From NCBI GenBank assembly GCA_025786725.1, contig JAHLTZ010000009.1, positions 124,001 to 188,000 on the forward strand: a stretch of 64,000 nt of DNA. Reading direction: 5' to 3'. Made by a program: the position numbers and the translations under genes. Below the pieces are notes generated by a model, which worked only from the letters and a program-made list of their open reading frames with translations, was not told the DNA's origin and searched no databases. Positions 28,558 to 41,689 of the stretch are shown one piece after another. Position 1 is the first letter of the stretch. Every line of letters begins with the position of its first letter. The stretch comes from Syncephalis fuscata S228 (Eukaryota > Fungi > Zoopagomycota).

Positions 28558-28891
28558 CAGCTGCTCGGTTTATTAACTAAAATCTCTATTTTGCCAATGT
28601 TCGAACATGTTATAGAATCATCTCTTGCTGCAGATTTGGTCTAATGCTAAGAGAATTTAAACTAATTAGTGTGCATAATAATTGTTCTAGCGTTGTTGTT
28701 TGCGATAAATTTGTTTTTATATGATTAGTCGAACGTTTAATATACATACATAAATTTATTTGTACTTATTAAATTAAAGCTATTACAAATAAGATGCGCA
28801 CAGTGTACTCTAATGACAAGTATAATCAGTGTACTCTTAGTACAAAATAAGCAGATTTGGTTTTCATATTATGTTCAGTTTGAGTGATGGT

Positions 28892-29989
28892 TTATCGGCT
28901 TTGTGGCGGTCTCAAGATCCAGTTTCTTGTTAACAGCGACGATGCGTATGGTTGAACAGTTATAGACTGTGTTTCGTTTGTCTCGCACTCTGAAGCAGGT
29001 ATGATAGCAATTCTTGGTGGTCCTACGTCTGCTTTACGCCGACGTTTGGACTCTTTTTTGGCATCACTGGATGCGATAGCTATATTACGCATCTGGCGGC
29101 AGTGTCCAATTAATATTGTCGAGGTCATTAACCTACTGTATTTGTAAGATGGTTTGTTATTTTGCATTTATATCAACATACCAGTCAAGTACGTAGAACG
29201 ACGACGAAAAGTCACCTCCTATCTCAAAAAGTACTACAGTAGCGCATGCAATGTTACATAGTACAACTAGACACATGGTTTGAACTCCATTTCTAGATAG
29301 ATTTTTCCAAGCATCCGAGCCGAAGGCACGGTATTGCCTGTAAGCAATGCGACTGAAAATGGCCGAAAATAACGTGTTAATTGGCGCTGATACAACAAAC
29401 CAGAACCAAGGCTGCCAGGCAGGATAGTTGACGACACACCCTTTTAAAGGTTCAATGGTAATGGGACAGTAGCACAATAATATAATGACACATCCGATTT
29501 GCGGCACCATAAACAAAACACCGATAACGGCGATAGCGCGATTTTTACAAAGCACCAAGTAGGCTCTTTGAAGTACAATTATGTGTTGCACATGAGCCCG
29601 CTGTTAACACCGAAACCCATATACCAAACAAGCACACGACAGCTAATACCGTGAGTGCACATGGCAATGGCCGACAGTATACCAAAGCTTACGCCGTACA
29701 CTGAAGGTAGAAAGCAACACCAGCTTGATAGAGCATTGGAGCGCATCATGACCATATTCAGCGAGTTTCGAAGATTACGAGCAAACATTAACGCTAATAG
29801 GATATTAATCAACATTTGGAATCGAGTACCCGACATTTGTATACGCGATAGTTCCAAATCGTCGGGATACATTGTCATGAATCCAAATATGTCAAGTTCA
29901 CCCAGTGGATGGAGAGGAATGTTTCCAAAATGGGTAGCATTTTTGAGCCACGCTATTCCCAAATGCTCGTTGTTGGTGTTTTTGGGCAT
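28892..29989 (-). CDS. Orphan 7TM / GPCR-like protein, type B copy 2
   Basis: LGIAWLKNATH...PLHPLGELD; LQRAYLVLCKNR; FGSDAWK; DW intron. Frameshift near 29585. Confidence 0.76.
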
Positions 29990-31830
29990 TACAATTGCAA
30001 ACCTGCTGATAATTAATATAATCTATGAAACTTTATAACGGAATTGGAAATACAAAATACTGTGCAAACTAATGCGCAATTTGCGAACTATGCTCGTGTT
30101 GTGATAATGCCTTACAGTGCCTGAAGTCCGTGACCCATGCAATCTGCACAATGTTGCAGCTACATAGCCTAGGCTTCTTTTAATAGGTTCCTCATGCATG
30201 CGTGGACAGAGAATGATGTCGCAAGACTTGTGGTGATGCTTTATTTCTAAATAGCCTGTAGTTATTACTCATGCTTGAATTCGTGATCCAAGGCATAAGT
30301 AAAACTGAGTTGGGCTGGCCATTTGGCACAATCCGTTGTTACGGGCAGTTTTCACGATATTGCTCGGATTTCACTATGCATTACCAACAGCACATGAGCA
30401 TAATTAATGCATAGCATCACCACATGATATGAGTATCCCATTATAGTAGTAATACTCCAATTAAAGGTTGTCATGTGGAATAATTAAGCCACCATATGTG
30501 TTGTATTATTGCTTATATGTTGCTTAATTTAAACATGTATTTTACTAATATTTGATAACATTAACGTATCCATTTGCTTTTACGCCATATAATTGATATA
30601 ATTAATATAGTTGGTATAATTAATGTATCTAATTATAGCATTGCTTACATTTTATATTTAACAAAATTACAATTTCCAATGACTAATAACACATATTATA
30701 TTAATATTTATTTATAGTAAACAGCTGATCATATCCATTAAAGTACTACAATATTAACGGATAGAGAAGAGCGGAGTTTGAGTATTTTATCGCATGGCGC
30801 CACATTGCATGGCACGGTATATTCTTCAATTACTTTCTGATTAACTACTCAACGCTTCTATTATAGGAACGTTCAGTAACCGTAAAAATAAACGGTGGGT
30901 CATGGCTTTCCGGCCTTTTTTGTAAACTGCGCCTTAAATGACTGTATACGTAGTCGATAATAAAGCAACTCAGGACTGTTTTGTACAACTGTTGTTCAAG
31001 TGATTAGATAATAGCACGCTTTCTACGTCTTTACAGTACAAGTTGTCTATGCTAAATAGTCGCTAGGCCGTTTATTTCCGAACATATTGCATGCCGTGGA
31101 ACCACACTTCTATGTTACACTCAGTAATTGACCGCGCCAGCTACCTTTATGTAGATACAGCATGTGGAGTCTTTCATTGTACTATAGAGCCAACTAGGAT
31201 GCGTAGCGAGTATATCTATTATTGCTGCCGCATGCTACCTGTTATTCGCGCTAGTATAGCGTGCTATTAATGGCAGCTAAACTGGTGCTCGGCAGTCGAC
31301 GCATCGCTAGTGCAGCTAGAGCGAAACTGCCGGCAGATAAGCATGTTGTTGGCCTTTCTATAACAGCACATCGAGGCCAAATTCAAGCTCAGACTTCAGG
31401 TGCGTATAGCGCCGGCGGCCCGATAGTTCAAGTTTCTCCATCACGGTGTTACTGTCGATCCCAAGCCGCAATGTATCATTGCTAGTCGATTGCCTATTTC
31501 GTGTAGCCATAATGCGCGTGGAAAGACATAGCAATGGATTAGAGCCAATCTTTTTGGATTAAACTACTTGATTGGGCCTAGATGTCCACCCTCTTCCAAA
31601 GGCCATGCAAATTTGAACCTATGGGAGTACACAAGCTACACGGATAAATCACACATATGGCACAGACCTATGGATCCTGGGTTCCGCAAGTTCTCCCGTG
31701 ATAGTTCCAACGAAGGACCTCTCATCAAACTTATTCTCCGTTAATATTTTATATTTCCGCTTATATATATATACACTACTTATTACTATTAGTATATTAT
31801 TTATCCCTGCTGTATATTTTATTTAGTAAA

Positions 31831-32901
31831 ATGCCTATAAACAATCACAACGAAGCGTTAGGAACAGAATGGCTGAAAAACGCCACGTATTTCATCGGTA
31901 TACCGCTCCATCCTCTCGGTGAGGTTGATACCATTGAATTTATGACACAGTTTCCCAACGATATAGAGAAGACTCGTAGCCGAGTCATTGGTCTCCAATT
32001 TCAAACAGTATCTGTTCTAATGGCAACTTTTATATTTATACGTAATTTTAATATCTCTTTAAGAATGGTGGTATCACGAGCCCGCACTCTTTCTGCCTGG
32101 TGTTGCCTTTTACCAGCTTTACTAGGCATCGTATTTGGCTGCATGATCATTTATGCCTGGCTATTTAGCGGCTTGAACTGCCGTAAAATATTCTGGTTCA
32201 GCGGCTTTATCAACACTGTTGCTATTATGTGCAATAGCATTATTCTTCTTCAGAAGGCCTATCTTGTCCTCTGTCGTCAGCGCTGGATCGCCGTTTTTGG
32301 CACGCTCTTTACGCTTCCACAGCTGGGCTTTTTTGTCATCGTACTAGTATCCTGCCCAGTGACCATTGAACCAAATATTGGCTGCGTCCTCTATTACCCC
32401 TTCTTCCTTCCGTGGTACTGGTTCTTTGCCGCCGTACCTATCAGTCTATTCTTCTCGGCCATCTTCAGCTACATTGCTTATAGACAATATAGTACATTTG
32501 GTTCTGACGCATGGAAACGTCTAGCACGCGATGGTATCCAAACCATGTGCCTAGCAGTGCTGTGTAATGTCATCTGCGGTATGATTATTGTCTTCCAAGT
32601 AGGTGGTAATTATGCAATCATGTTTTATGTTGCAGACTGGTAAGTAAAAGTAAATCTAACAGCTGTACGCTTTATTAACAACAACAACTGAACTAGGTTG
32701 CTCACATCAACAATTCTGTTGAATCATTGCCAAAATATGCGCAAAGCATCCCAGCTATCCAACCGCCCCAAGACTCAACATCTTCTTAATCTTTCTCAAA
32801 TTCCGACTTCCAAATCGATACTGACCGACAGTAAAATACGTCATTCCAACACAAAGTTTTCATCAATTGCCCCGCTGACCAACGATGATTACAACGACTA
32901 A
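31831..32901 (+). CDS. Orphan 7TM / GPCR-like protein, type A copy 2
   Basis: 270-aa first exon with about 7 hydrophobic segments; intron 32640-32697 inside the W codon after D; exon 2 LLTSTILLNHCQNMRKAS. Confidence 0.8.
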
Positions 32902-33507
32902 ACCAACCAACCAACCAACACATGCATGATTCAAGCAATATCAGCGGCTGGCTGCTTGGATAGTCATCTGAATCATTGCACAGTTTAATGATGCTGCCAA
33001 TTTGCGTTCTTTTACTTTATTAAGAATCAAATTATGTTTATTATTTTATTTTTATTTTTGTTCAAACACTAATGCTTGATCGCCTTCACTTGTACCACGA
33101 CACAACCGATTAAAGGTGATAATGTTGATAATAAATGAAACCATTTAAATACCTTCGCTTTGTCTCCAAGTGGCTATTTGTCACTGGTCATTGGGCCTAT
33201 GTTTCTTTCTCCAAACTGCCCATTAAGATAACACTTTACACTATGATAAACCACATGCTATCTTTTAATTATCACGTGGACACGTAAGGGACTTCTTCGG
33301 ATAACATTAGCGGCCTGCCAAATACAGCCACGTCATAAAACTGGGGCAACTGATTGGCGGCACCCTTTTCCCCTAAATAATTTATCCACTCTATTACAGA
33401 CCAATAGGTATCTAAGCTTTTCTTTCTCTTTCACTCATCTCACCGCCTTTACTTTTTCTTAGTGTGTACGCGTGCTATCGTTTATCCTTGGTTTGCTAAT
33501 CTGAATC

Positions 33508-34482
<975 letters not shown>

Positions 34483-35107
34483 CTTAAATGTACCACCATT
34501 ACAACTAAAAGTAAACGGATATGGTCACATTTTATCGCGTAAACATCCATTCGTTGTGCTATTTTCAACACTTTTTAAACGGCTGTGTCAACTGCATGGT
34601 AATAAAGTCGTATCATTCTTATTCGATTGTATAAGGTGTTTGCTGGTGATGATTTGAGTGTAGTAACGGCTGTGAAAATAGTAATATCGATAATGATTAG
34701 ATATAATTTTTGTATTTATTACAAGAGTTATTCAATTGTAAATAATGCTATACAAATAAAGTCATAGCTAATTAGCTTTACAGCTCACCCACAAGAATAG
34801 CAATTTATCGAAAAATGCCATATTTCTAATACAGCCTTAGTATGGCGTGATGATACAGTTAAGCGCCAGAATAAAACATGGCTAACTTTTATTTACTAAA
34901 TGATGGTAAAGATAATAAACACACGCTACATTCATCAAAACTAATAGACAATTTGCCATGCCACACATGTCTAAATAGCATTGGTAACAGCACTATTTTG
35001 ATGGTTGATAGTTTATTTGAAAGAGTAGAAATGATGCCGATTGGAATCTGGCATACTTTAAAACAAGCCGAATAACAAGCAGTTGGTTTTTAGCTTAATT
35101 ATTGTGG

Positions 35108-35742
35108 CTATTTGCGCTTTTCAAAAGCTTCACGTCCAAGCACTCGGATGAGTGTTTCCTGAGCGAAATGCTCTCCTTGTGCCTCGGCAATTTCTAATTC
35201 AATTTTGCTAGGACGTTCACCATCGGCTGCAGCCACTGTGCTTGCACCATAAGGACTGCCGCCCGTAATCACTTTTGGCTCGTTAAGTGCCGGATGCGAA
35301 TATCCAAATGGTACAAACTGCATCCCAAGATGAATAACGTATGGCATCATAGTTAGAGTCGTGGTTTCCTGGCCGCCATGCTGAGAATTGGTCGAGTAGA
35401 ACGTGCCAATAAGTTTGTTTCGAAGTGTATTGTTGGTCCATAGTCTGCCGGTAGCATCCATGAGCGCTTTTGTTTGAGCAGGAACATGCCAAAGCGAGTA
35501 GGATTGCCGAGTAGAATGCCATCAGCATCGGCCAATTCCATAGGATCAATAACCGGAATGGTTTTGTCACGAGGTGGCGCTTTCATAAGTGCAAGTATAT
35601 CGTCTGACAAAGTCTCTTGGATTTGATACATTTTAACATCCACCTTTGGCACCCGCCGCGCGCCCTGTGCTATGGCACGCGCTAACTTGCCAACATGGCC
35701 ATACATTGAATAGTAGACAACGTACACTTTGGCGGCAGACAT
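35108..35742 (-). CDS. WrbA/Pst2-Ycp4 flavodoxin-like NAD(P)H:quinone oxidoreductase, copy 1 (intronless, one frameshift)
   Basis: YYSMYGHV; PTRFG; STNSQHGGQETT; GGSPYGAST. Confidence 0.88.
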
Positions 35743-36348
35743 GTTGATAGCAAAAAACAATGGCTAGAATACGATGCGATGTATACTTCGTAGCATTATA
35801 ACACAGTTAGATATGAGTAATGGCCCCTTTAGATTGTTCACACACTGCTAAATTTCAGGAGACTTTGTTTGCTAATAAATTTGTTTATTAGCCATATTAT
35901 TGGTGTGGCTGTGTGCTAATAGTTTTGATGAATAATTGTCAAAATGGTTTGACCTGGCAAATGTATTGGGCTGAACCAGATGACTAACAAGAGCCATACA
36001 CAGAGGCGTAAATGGATGGGTGATTACAGGCACATTAGCGTGCTTACTGATGTGACAGTGAAAACGAAAACTATTGGCCAACAGAGGCAAGCTGAAAGTG
36101 AAATTACTAATCTTTGACAAATCCAGCTCCACTATACTCGTTCTGTGTAACACCCGCAATTAGTAGGATTATTCACGTCATGAACGCCATCCTATTTCGA
36201 CACGTGTATTTATACTAAGCCTAACTTTAGCTTTACACTTATCTTGCCAACACACTTCAACATATCTTCTTCTTCTTCTTCTTCTTCTGTCTACTGACAC
36301 AGTTATCAGCTATTTGTAACCACCAACAACAACACTTCGATTTCAACC

Positions 36349-36990
36349 ATGACTGTCACCGCCACCGTCTATATCATCTACTACTCGACCTACACCCACG
36401 TCCACAAATTGGCCAAGGCCATTGAGGCTGGCGCCAACCGTGTGGAGGGTGTAGAAGTTAAGCTGTTCCGTGTGCCAGAAACACTGCCAGAAGAAGTACT
36501 TGGAAAGATTGGTGCACCTGCCAAGCCAGATGATGTGCCCATTATTGAAAAGGCTGACCAGCTAACTGGAGCTGATGGCTTCCTATTTGGTTTCCCAACT
36601 CGTTTTGGTCTTTTGCCAGCTCAGTTCAAGACCTTCTTGGACAGCACTGGTGGCCTCTGGGCCTCGAACGCACTTCGTGGCAAACAAGCCGGTCTTTTCA
36701 CCTCCACCAACACCCAGCACGGTGGACAAGAAACCACCGCCTTCACCACCCTTCCATTCCTTGCTCATCACGGTTTGCAGTATGTTTCATTCGGCTACGG
36801 CCACTCTGGCATCTCCCAGGCAAAGGAAGTTGGTGGTGGCAGCCCATACGGTGCCAGCGTTGTAGCTGGTCTTGAGGGAGATAGCCCAACTAAGCTAGAG
36901 CTTGAGATCGGCGAGGCTCAAGGTGAATACTTTGCCAAACAAGTTCTCATCCGCAAGTTGGGCGAAAAGGCACTTGCTGACAAGCAATAA
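36349..36990 (+). CDS. WrbA/Pst2-Ycp4 quinone oxidoreductase, copy 2 (intact, intronless)
   Basis: YYSTYTHV; GFPTRFG; STNTQHGGQETT; GGSPYGA. Confidence 0.93.
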   Translation: MTVTATVYIIYYSTYTHVHKLAKAIEAGANRVEGVEVKLFRVPETLPEEVLGKIGAPAKPDDVPIIEKADQLTGADGFLFGFPTRFGLLPAQFKTFLDSTGGLWASNALRGKQAGLFTSTNTQHGGQETTAFTTLPFLAHHGLQYVSFGYGHSGISQAKEVGGGSPYGASVVAGLEGDSPTKLELEIGEAQGEYFAKQVLIRKLGEKALADKQ

Positions 36991-37439
36991 TTTCTATAGC
37001 CATGCACATGTCGTGTATATTCCATCACTGACAAATAAAATAAGTTTAGCTCTTTGATCATCACAAATAATATTGTCTAGTTTTATTTAATTACTGTAAA
37101 ATGCATAATAAAACAAACTTGTAAATTTTAATTATAGATTCGACTAATACTATTGCTTTATATTAGTAGTATTAAGCAATGAAAAATACCCATGATAGTA
37201 AAAGCTATTTGCACGCAGTCTGAATGTAGCAAGGTTTATAGGAAATAAGCTATGAGCAGTATACGATATAGGTGGTTAGATGATATATGTATCTAAATAA
37301 TAAGTATACAATATTATTATTTTGATGGCATCAGCCATCTATTACTCAGTTCCATGTTCGATAGAAAAATGGTATTAAATGTAATCATCTAACCACCATA
37401 TCACACGAATGGTTAAACTTCACTTTGACTTCCACATTT

Positions 37440-38144
37440 GAAGTCCTCAAAGCAAATTCGTTCCAATTCAAGTCGTACTGTTATTTACAACAAACATAGT
37501 TATAATGTTTTCCTTTGACTACTTTGCAATTCACAAGGCGATTATTGTTGTTGTTGGCTATGCGTAGAAAGATTGATCGAATATTAATAAAGCCATTGAT
37601 TGCAATTCCATATCGTTCTGCAGTTGTTGGTATTGTTAGTACGTACAGTGTGGTTTCTTGCGTCTAAATGATTTCCTCTATTTTTCAATCTTCTACTGTT
37701 GCATTTTGTGCATGTTTGTGATGTAAAATATTCATCTATGGTGACAAGAAGGTAAGAAAACTAGCATTTTTGATGTTCGCCATTCTCTTGAGCATTCTTG
37801 GCATCAACTTGGTAGGTGCAGATTATTTGCCAACCATTGATGAAGCAAATTGGCCTCCACCATATGTAATAATGATAGGTTGAGTGTCTTCACCAAAAGA
37901 TCTTGTGCGACAGTTGTAACCAGAATATACGACATACTGTTGAGGTTACTTGAACAGGTGTTGATGTAAATAAGAGAAATAAAGACTAGGAATTGAATAA
38001 TGTTTTTATTGATGTTCAAATACACATGTCATTTGTATTGTTATATTCAACATTATTGTATAATATATTACTGAATAGAATATCCAAAAAGACGATGAAA
38101 TGAGTAAATAAAAAACATAGAAGTCAAAGTACAGTAGCTCCCAC
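37440..38144. mobile_element. Dispersed repeat family 1, longer copy with terminal motif
   Basis: 37440-37730 matches 59260-59552 and 190-320. Ends in aagtcaaagtacagtagctcccac, the reverse complement of the gtgggagctattgtactttgactc motif at 12384. Confidence 0.65.
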
Positions 38145-38729
38145 GAAATAATTAATCAATTGTTTAATATTAGTATAATAATAAAAAAATCAAACAAAGT
38201 TGTTAATATAATAGTTGAATTGAGCTTTGCCAGTATTTTTTATTAAAAACTTGCTATAGTTAAGCCGCTATATCAACTAGAAACTATTTTATTATAGTTT
38301 TAACATGTAATTATAAGCAATTAACAGGAAATTCTACTAATTCAACGTCAGCTGTATTCTATAGAAGATTATTACTGATACTACCATTAATAAAACAGAA
38401 GATTAGTAAATTCAGCATTGCAAATTGGGCTAACTAATGACAAATTTCCTTTCACTCACTGATTGAGGTTGAGATTACTAATCATTTTGTCGGAATTTCA
38501 AATCACTTTCTAATTGACCTTTGACCGGCAAATCTATTTGTCATTTTTTTATCAGGGAAGCTGTCCAATCGGAGCTTTATGATTAATTCAGCCTAAATTT
38601 TCGTGTATTTATATCGCGCATTATTTTCGATCTTTTTGTAGCAATATCACAACATCAAGTTAATTGGCTCTTTATTCGATCTTTCTACTTATCAATACGC
38701 ACAAAGCAAAAACAAAACAAAAGTTCAAA

Positions 38730-39370
38730 ATGACTGCTATTGCCACCATCTACGTTCTTTACTACTCCACCTACTATCACATCCATAAGTTGGCCAAGGC
38801 CATCGAGACGGGTGCCGGGCGTGTTGATGGTGTGGAAATCAAATTACTTCGTGTACCAGAAACCTTGCCAGAAGACATTCTTAAGCTTATCCAAGCACCA
38901 GCAAAGCCAGAAGATGTACCAGTTATTGAAAGCGCCGAACAGCTAACTGAAGCCGACGGCTTCCTATTCGGTTTTCCAACTCGTTTCGGTCTCTTGCCAG
39001 CTCAATTCAAGTCGTTCCTCGATGGAACTGGCGGTATTTGGGCCTCGGGTGCTCTTCGCGGCAAGCAAGCTGGCTTTTTCACCTCAACCAACACTCAACA
39101 CGGTGGACACGAAACAACCATTTTCACAGCTTTACCTTATCTTGCCCACCACGGCCTTCAATTCGTTCCATTCGGTTATGGTCACCCCGGCATTTCTGAT
39201 ATCAAACAAGTTATCGGTGGCAGTCCATATGGTGCTGGCACGATTGCTGGCGTCGAAGGAGATAGCCCAAACAAAACTGAAATTGAAATCGCCGAAGCTC
39301 AGGGCGATACTTTGCCAAACAAGTTCTCATCCGCAAGTTGGGCGAAAAGGCACTTGCCGACAAACAATAA
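38730..39370 (+). CDS. WrbA/Pst2-Ycp4 quinone oxidoreductase, copy 3 (1-bp frameshift near 39308)
   Basis: Close paralog of copy 2. The 3' end restores to YFAKQVLIRKLGEKALADKQ* with one base added. Confidence 0.9.
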
Positions 39371-39457
39371 CTTTTTTATTGTATAATGTTATAACAATGT
39401 TAATAAATAAAATTAGCTATTCTAAAGCAAATAACACTATTTTGATTAAAGTTTGAA

Positions 39458-40045
39458 GCCATTGTACTTTGACTTATATTTTTATTTATTCCTTTCATCC
39501 CCAACATTTAGATATAATTAAATATTCATTTATCACTATTCCATGTATTATATTACATTCAACATTAATTAGCTCATGTGTAATTATCAGTATAATAATG
39601 TAATTAATAGTTATCTTTATTATTGCTTTAATATATACATTGTCATTATAATATTAATTGTTTAAAATGTCATTTATTTAGGCAGATTGACTATAGGAAA
39701 AGTGACTGTTTAATAAACAACTTTTATAATAATTATATTAATCTTGATTTTACATTACAGATATGCCCAAAATGCAATAATAGAATATTAGAAAATAGAA
39801 GAGACCATTCAGATGCAATAACCCATGCTGTATTTAGATATAACAACAACAGCACATGCAGAATGACATGGAATTGTAATCAATGACCTCTATTAATATT
39901 TGATCAATCTTTCTACACATGACCAACAACAACAATGATCAGCCTCAAATGTTTAATGAAATCAAATAGTATGTTACATTGTTTATTTAAATTAATTTAT
40001 TAACAATATTTTTGTTAGGAAGTAACATAACTATGTTGCGTATAA
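39458..40045. repeat. Dispersed repeat family 1, copy 4
   Basis: Direct match to 12389-12965, starting at the same agc.attgtactttgact motif. Confidence 0.85.
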
Positions 40046-41689
40046 CAACAATGTGACTTCAATTAAAATAATTTAATCATATAAATATTACGCACTCAAT
40101 CCAATGTTTTGTTTTATTTAGTATATAGCTATACAACTTTTATTGATGGTCAATAAATAAAATTAATATGGCTTTCTATTATTGCAATAATGTATAATAT
40201 TAGTTACTTACTCTAATAAATAATTAAATTAAGCCTTATAATAATTGGCTTAGTTGGTGGCCGTGTACATGTAAGTATATAAGAAGTTACAATATGATTG
40301 TAAATATCTATTCATACAAGCAATCAGAATTATAAATTATAGCGACAATAATAAGCTATTTAATTACTAAACTTATTTATTTAATTTTATTTACATCTCT
40401 CTGTTTCTTGTGCGTTATCTCGGTTTAACGTTACTGTTGTTTTAGCTGCATCAGCAACAGCCAACTTTTTGATAAATCTAGTCCAGCTTAGCATAGCTAT
40501 AATGATTTGCTATAAGCTAAGCCAGTAAGCCTTTAAGATGCCAATTGTTTTTTCATTGGTTCTGCTTTGGCTTGTTCTTCTATAATCCATTTTGCTTGAC
40601 TCGTCAGGATTAATTTCAGAAATGTAAGTAGCAGTTAGACCTTGGATGATTACCCATTGCTATGCGATTTATAGCCATTAAGTACTCGAAATTACTGTTA
40701 TTTGGTTAGAATTTTTATTGTGCCTAACTAGTGTCTGCATATTGTATTGCATGTAATTTATCCAAACAATTTAGTTTACAGCTGAAAACTGATGACGAAG
40801 ATGACATGTTGGAATGTTCCATTGTTCAAAATGCCGTGATGCATCATGCTACAAACAGTACTTACTGTATAGTTGATTTCATGTGATTTGGATTAGCCGC
40901 CATTTGAATGATGCCAGTTGCACAACATGTAGCATGATATGCCTGGATGTGATGCATTTGTGAATTCAAAGCAATGATTACCCATAACAATGGGCATAGT
41001 GTCGAATGAAATGCACGCATGCACCAATCAATACACTTTATAATTTAAGGAATTATAATTGGTTTACGTATGGCAGTAGAGACCTGTATAAAATACCAGT
41101 TTGATACATTAAGCTTGTTTTTGTCTCAGCGTTGTGTGCTATTTTGTATGCAACAGATATTGCGGACCGAATCAGTAGAAATGGCAGCAAAGACATTATT
41201 ATCGTTTTCACAAAACCAAACAATATACTTGTTTTTACCAAATAGTTAAATTGTGTAGCAGAAAATACAGGCTAATGTGCCTATTTTTATCACATATGTA
41301 CTGGATTATTACCATTATTGTGTCATTCCTGTAAATGACTAGCAGATTGAAGTAAAGAACAGGAGGTTAAAATCAAAACTGAGCAGGTTAAACTCAAGGC
41401 TAGAACTATGATGTCACGCCATGAATTTATTGGTACATGTGCACCTCAAACCATTGCTTGGATTGTTTATTGGTTCATATTACACAGCAATTGTATATCT
41501 CGATACTACATCTACAGTATACTGGCATCTTGACATAATCTAAGCTTAAATAGCTCACAAAATATACACAATCAATTGCAATATCATCATCACACTCTAC
41601 TTCTTATTAAACACACACTACTCTCCACTTTATACCAACCACACTCTACTATCTCTTTTATTTGTTTGTCTTAACAAATCAATATCATC

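Noticed and set aside
40400-41520. Moderately GC-richer stretch upstream of the micro-exon gene, possibly a decayed coding or transposon sequence
   Set aside because: No sustained ORF or recognisable motif on either strand by eye.
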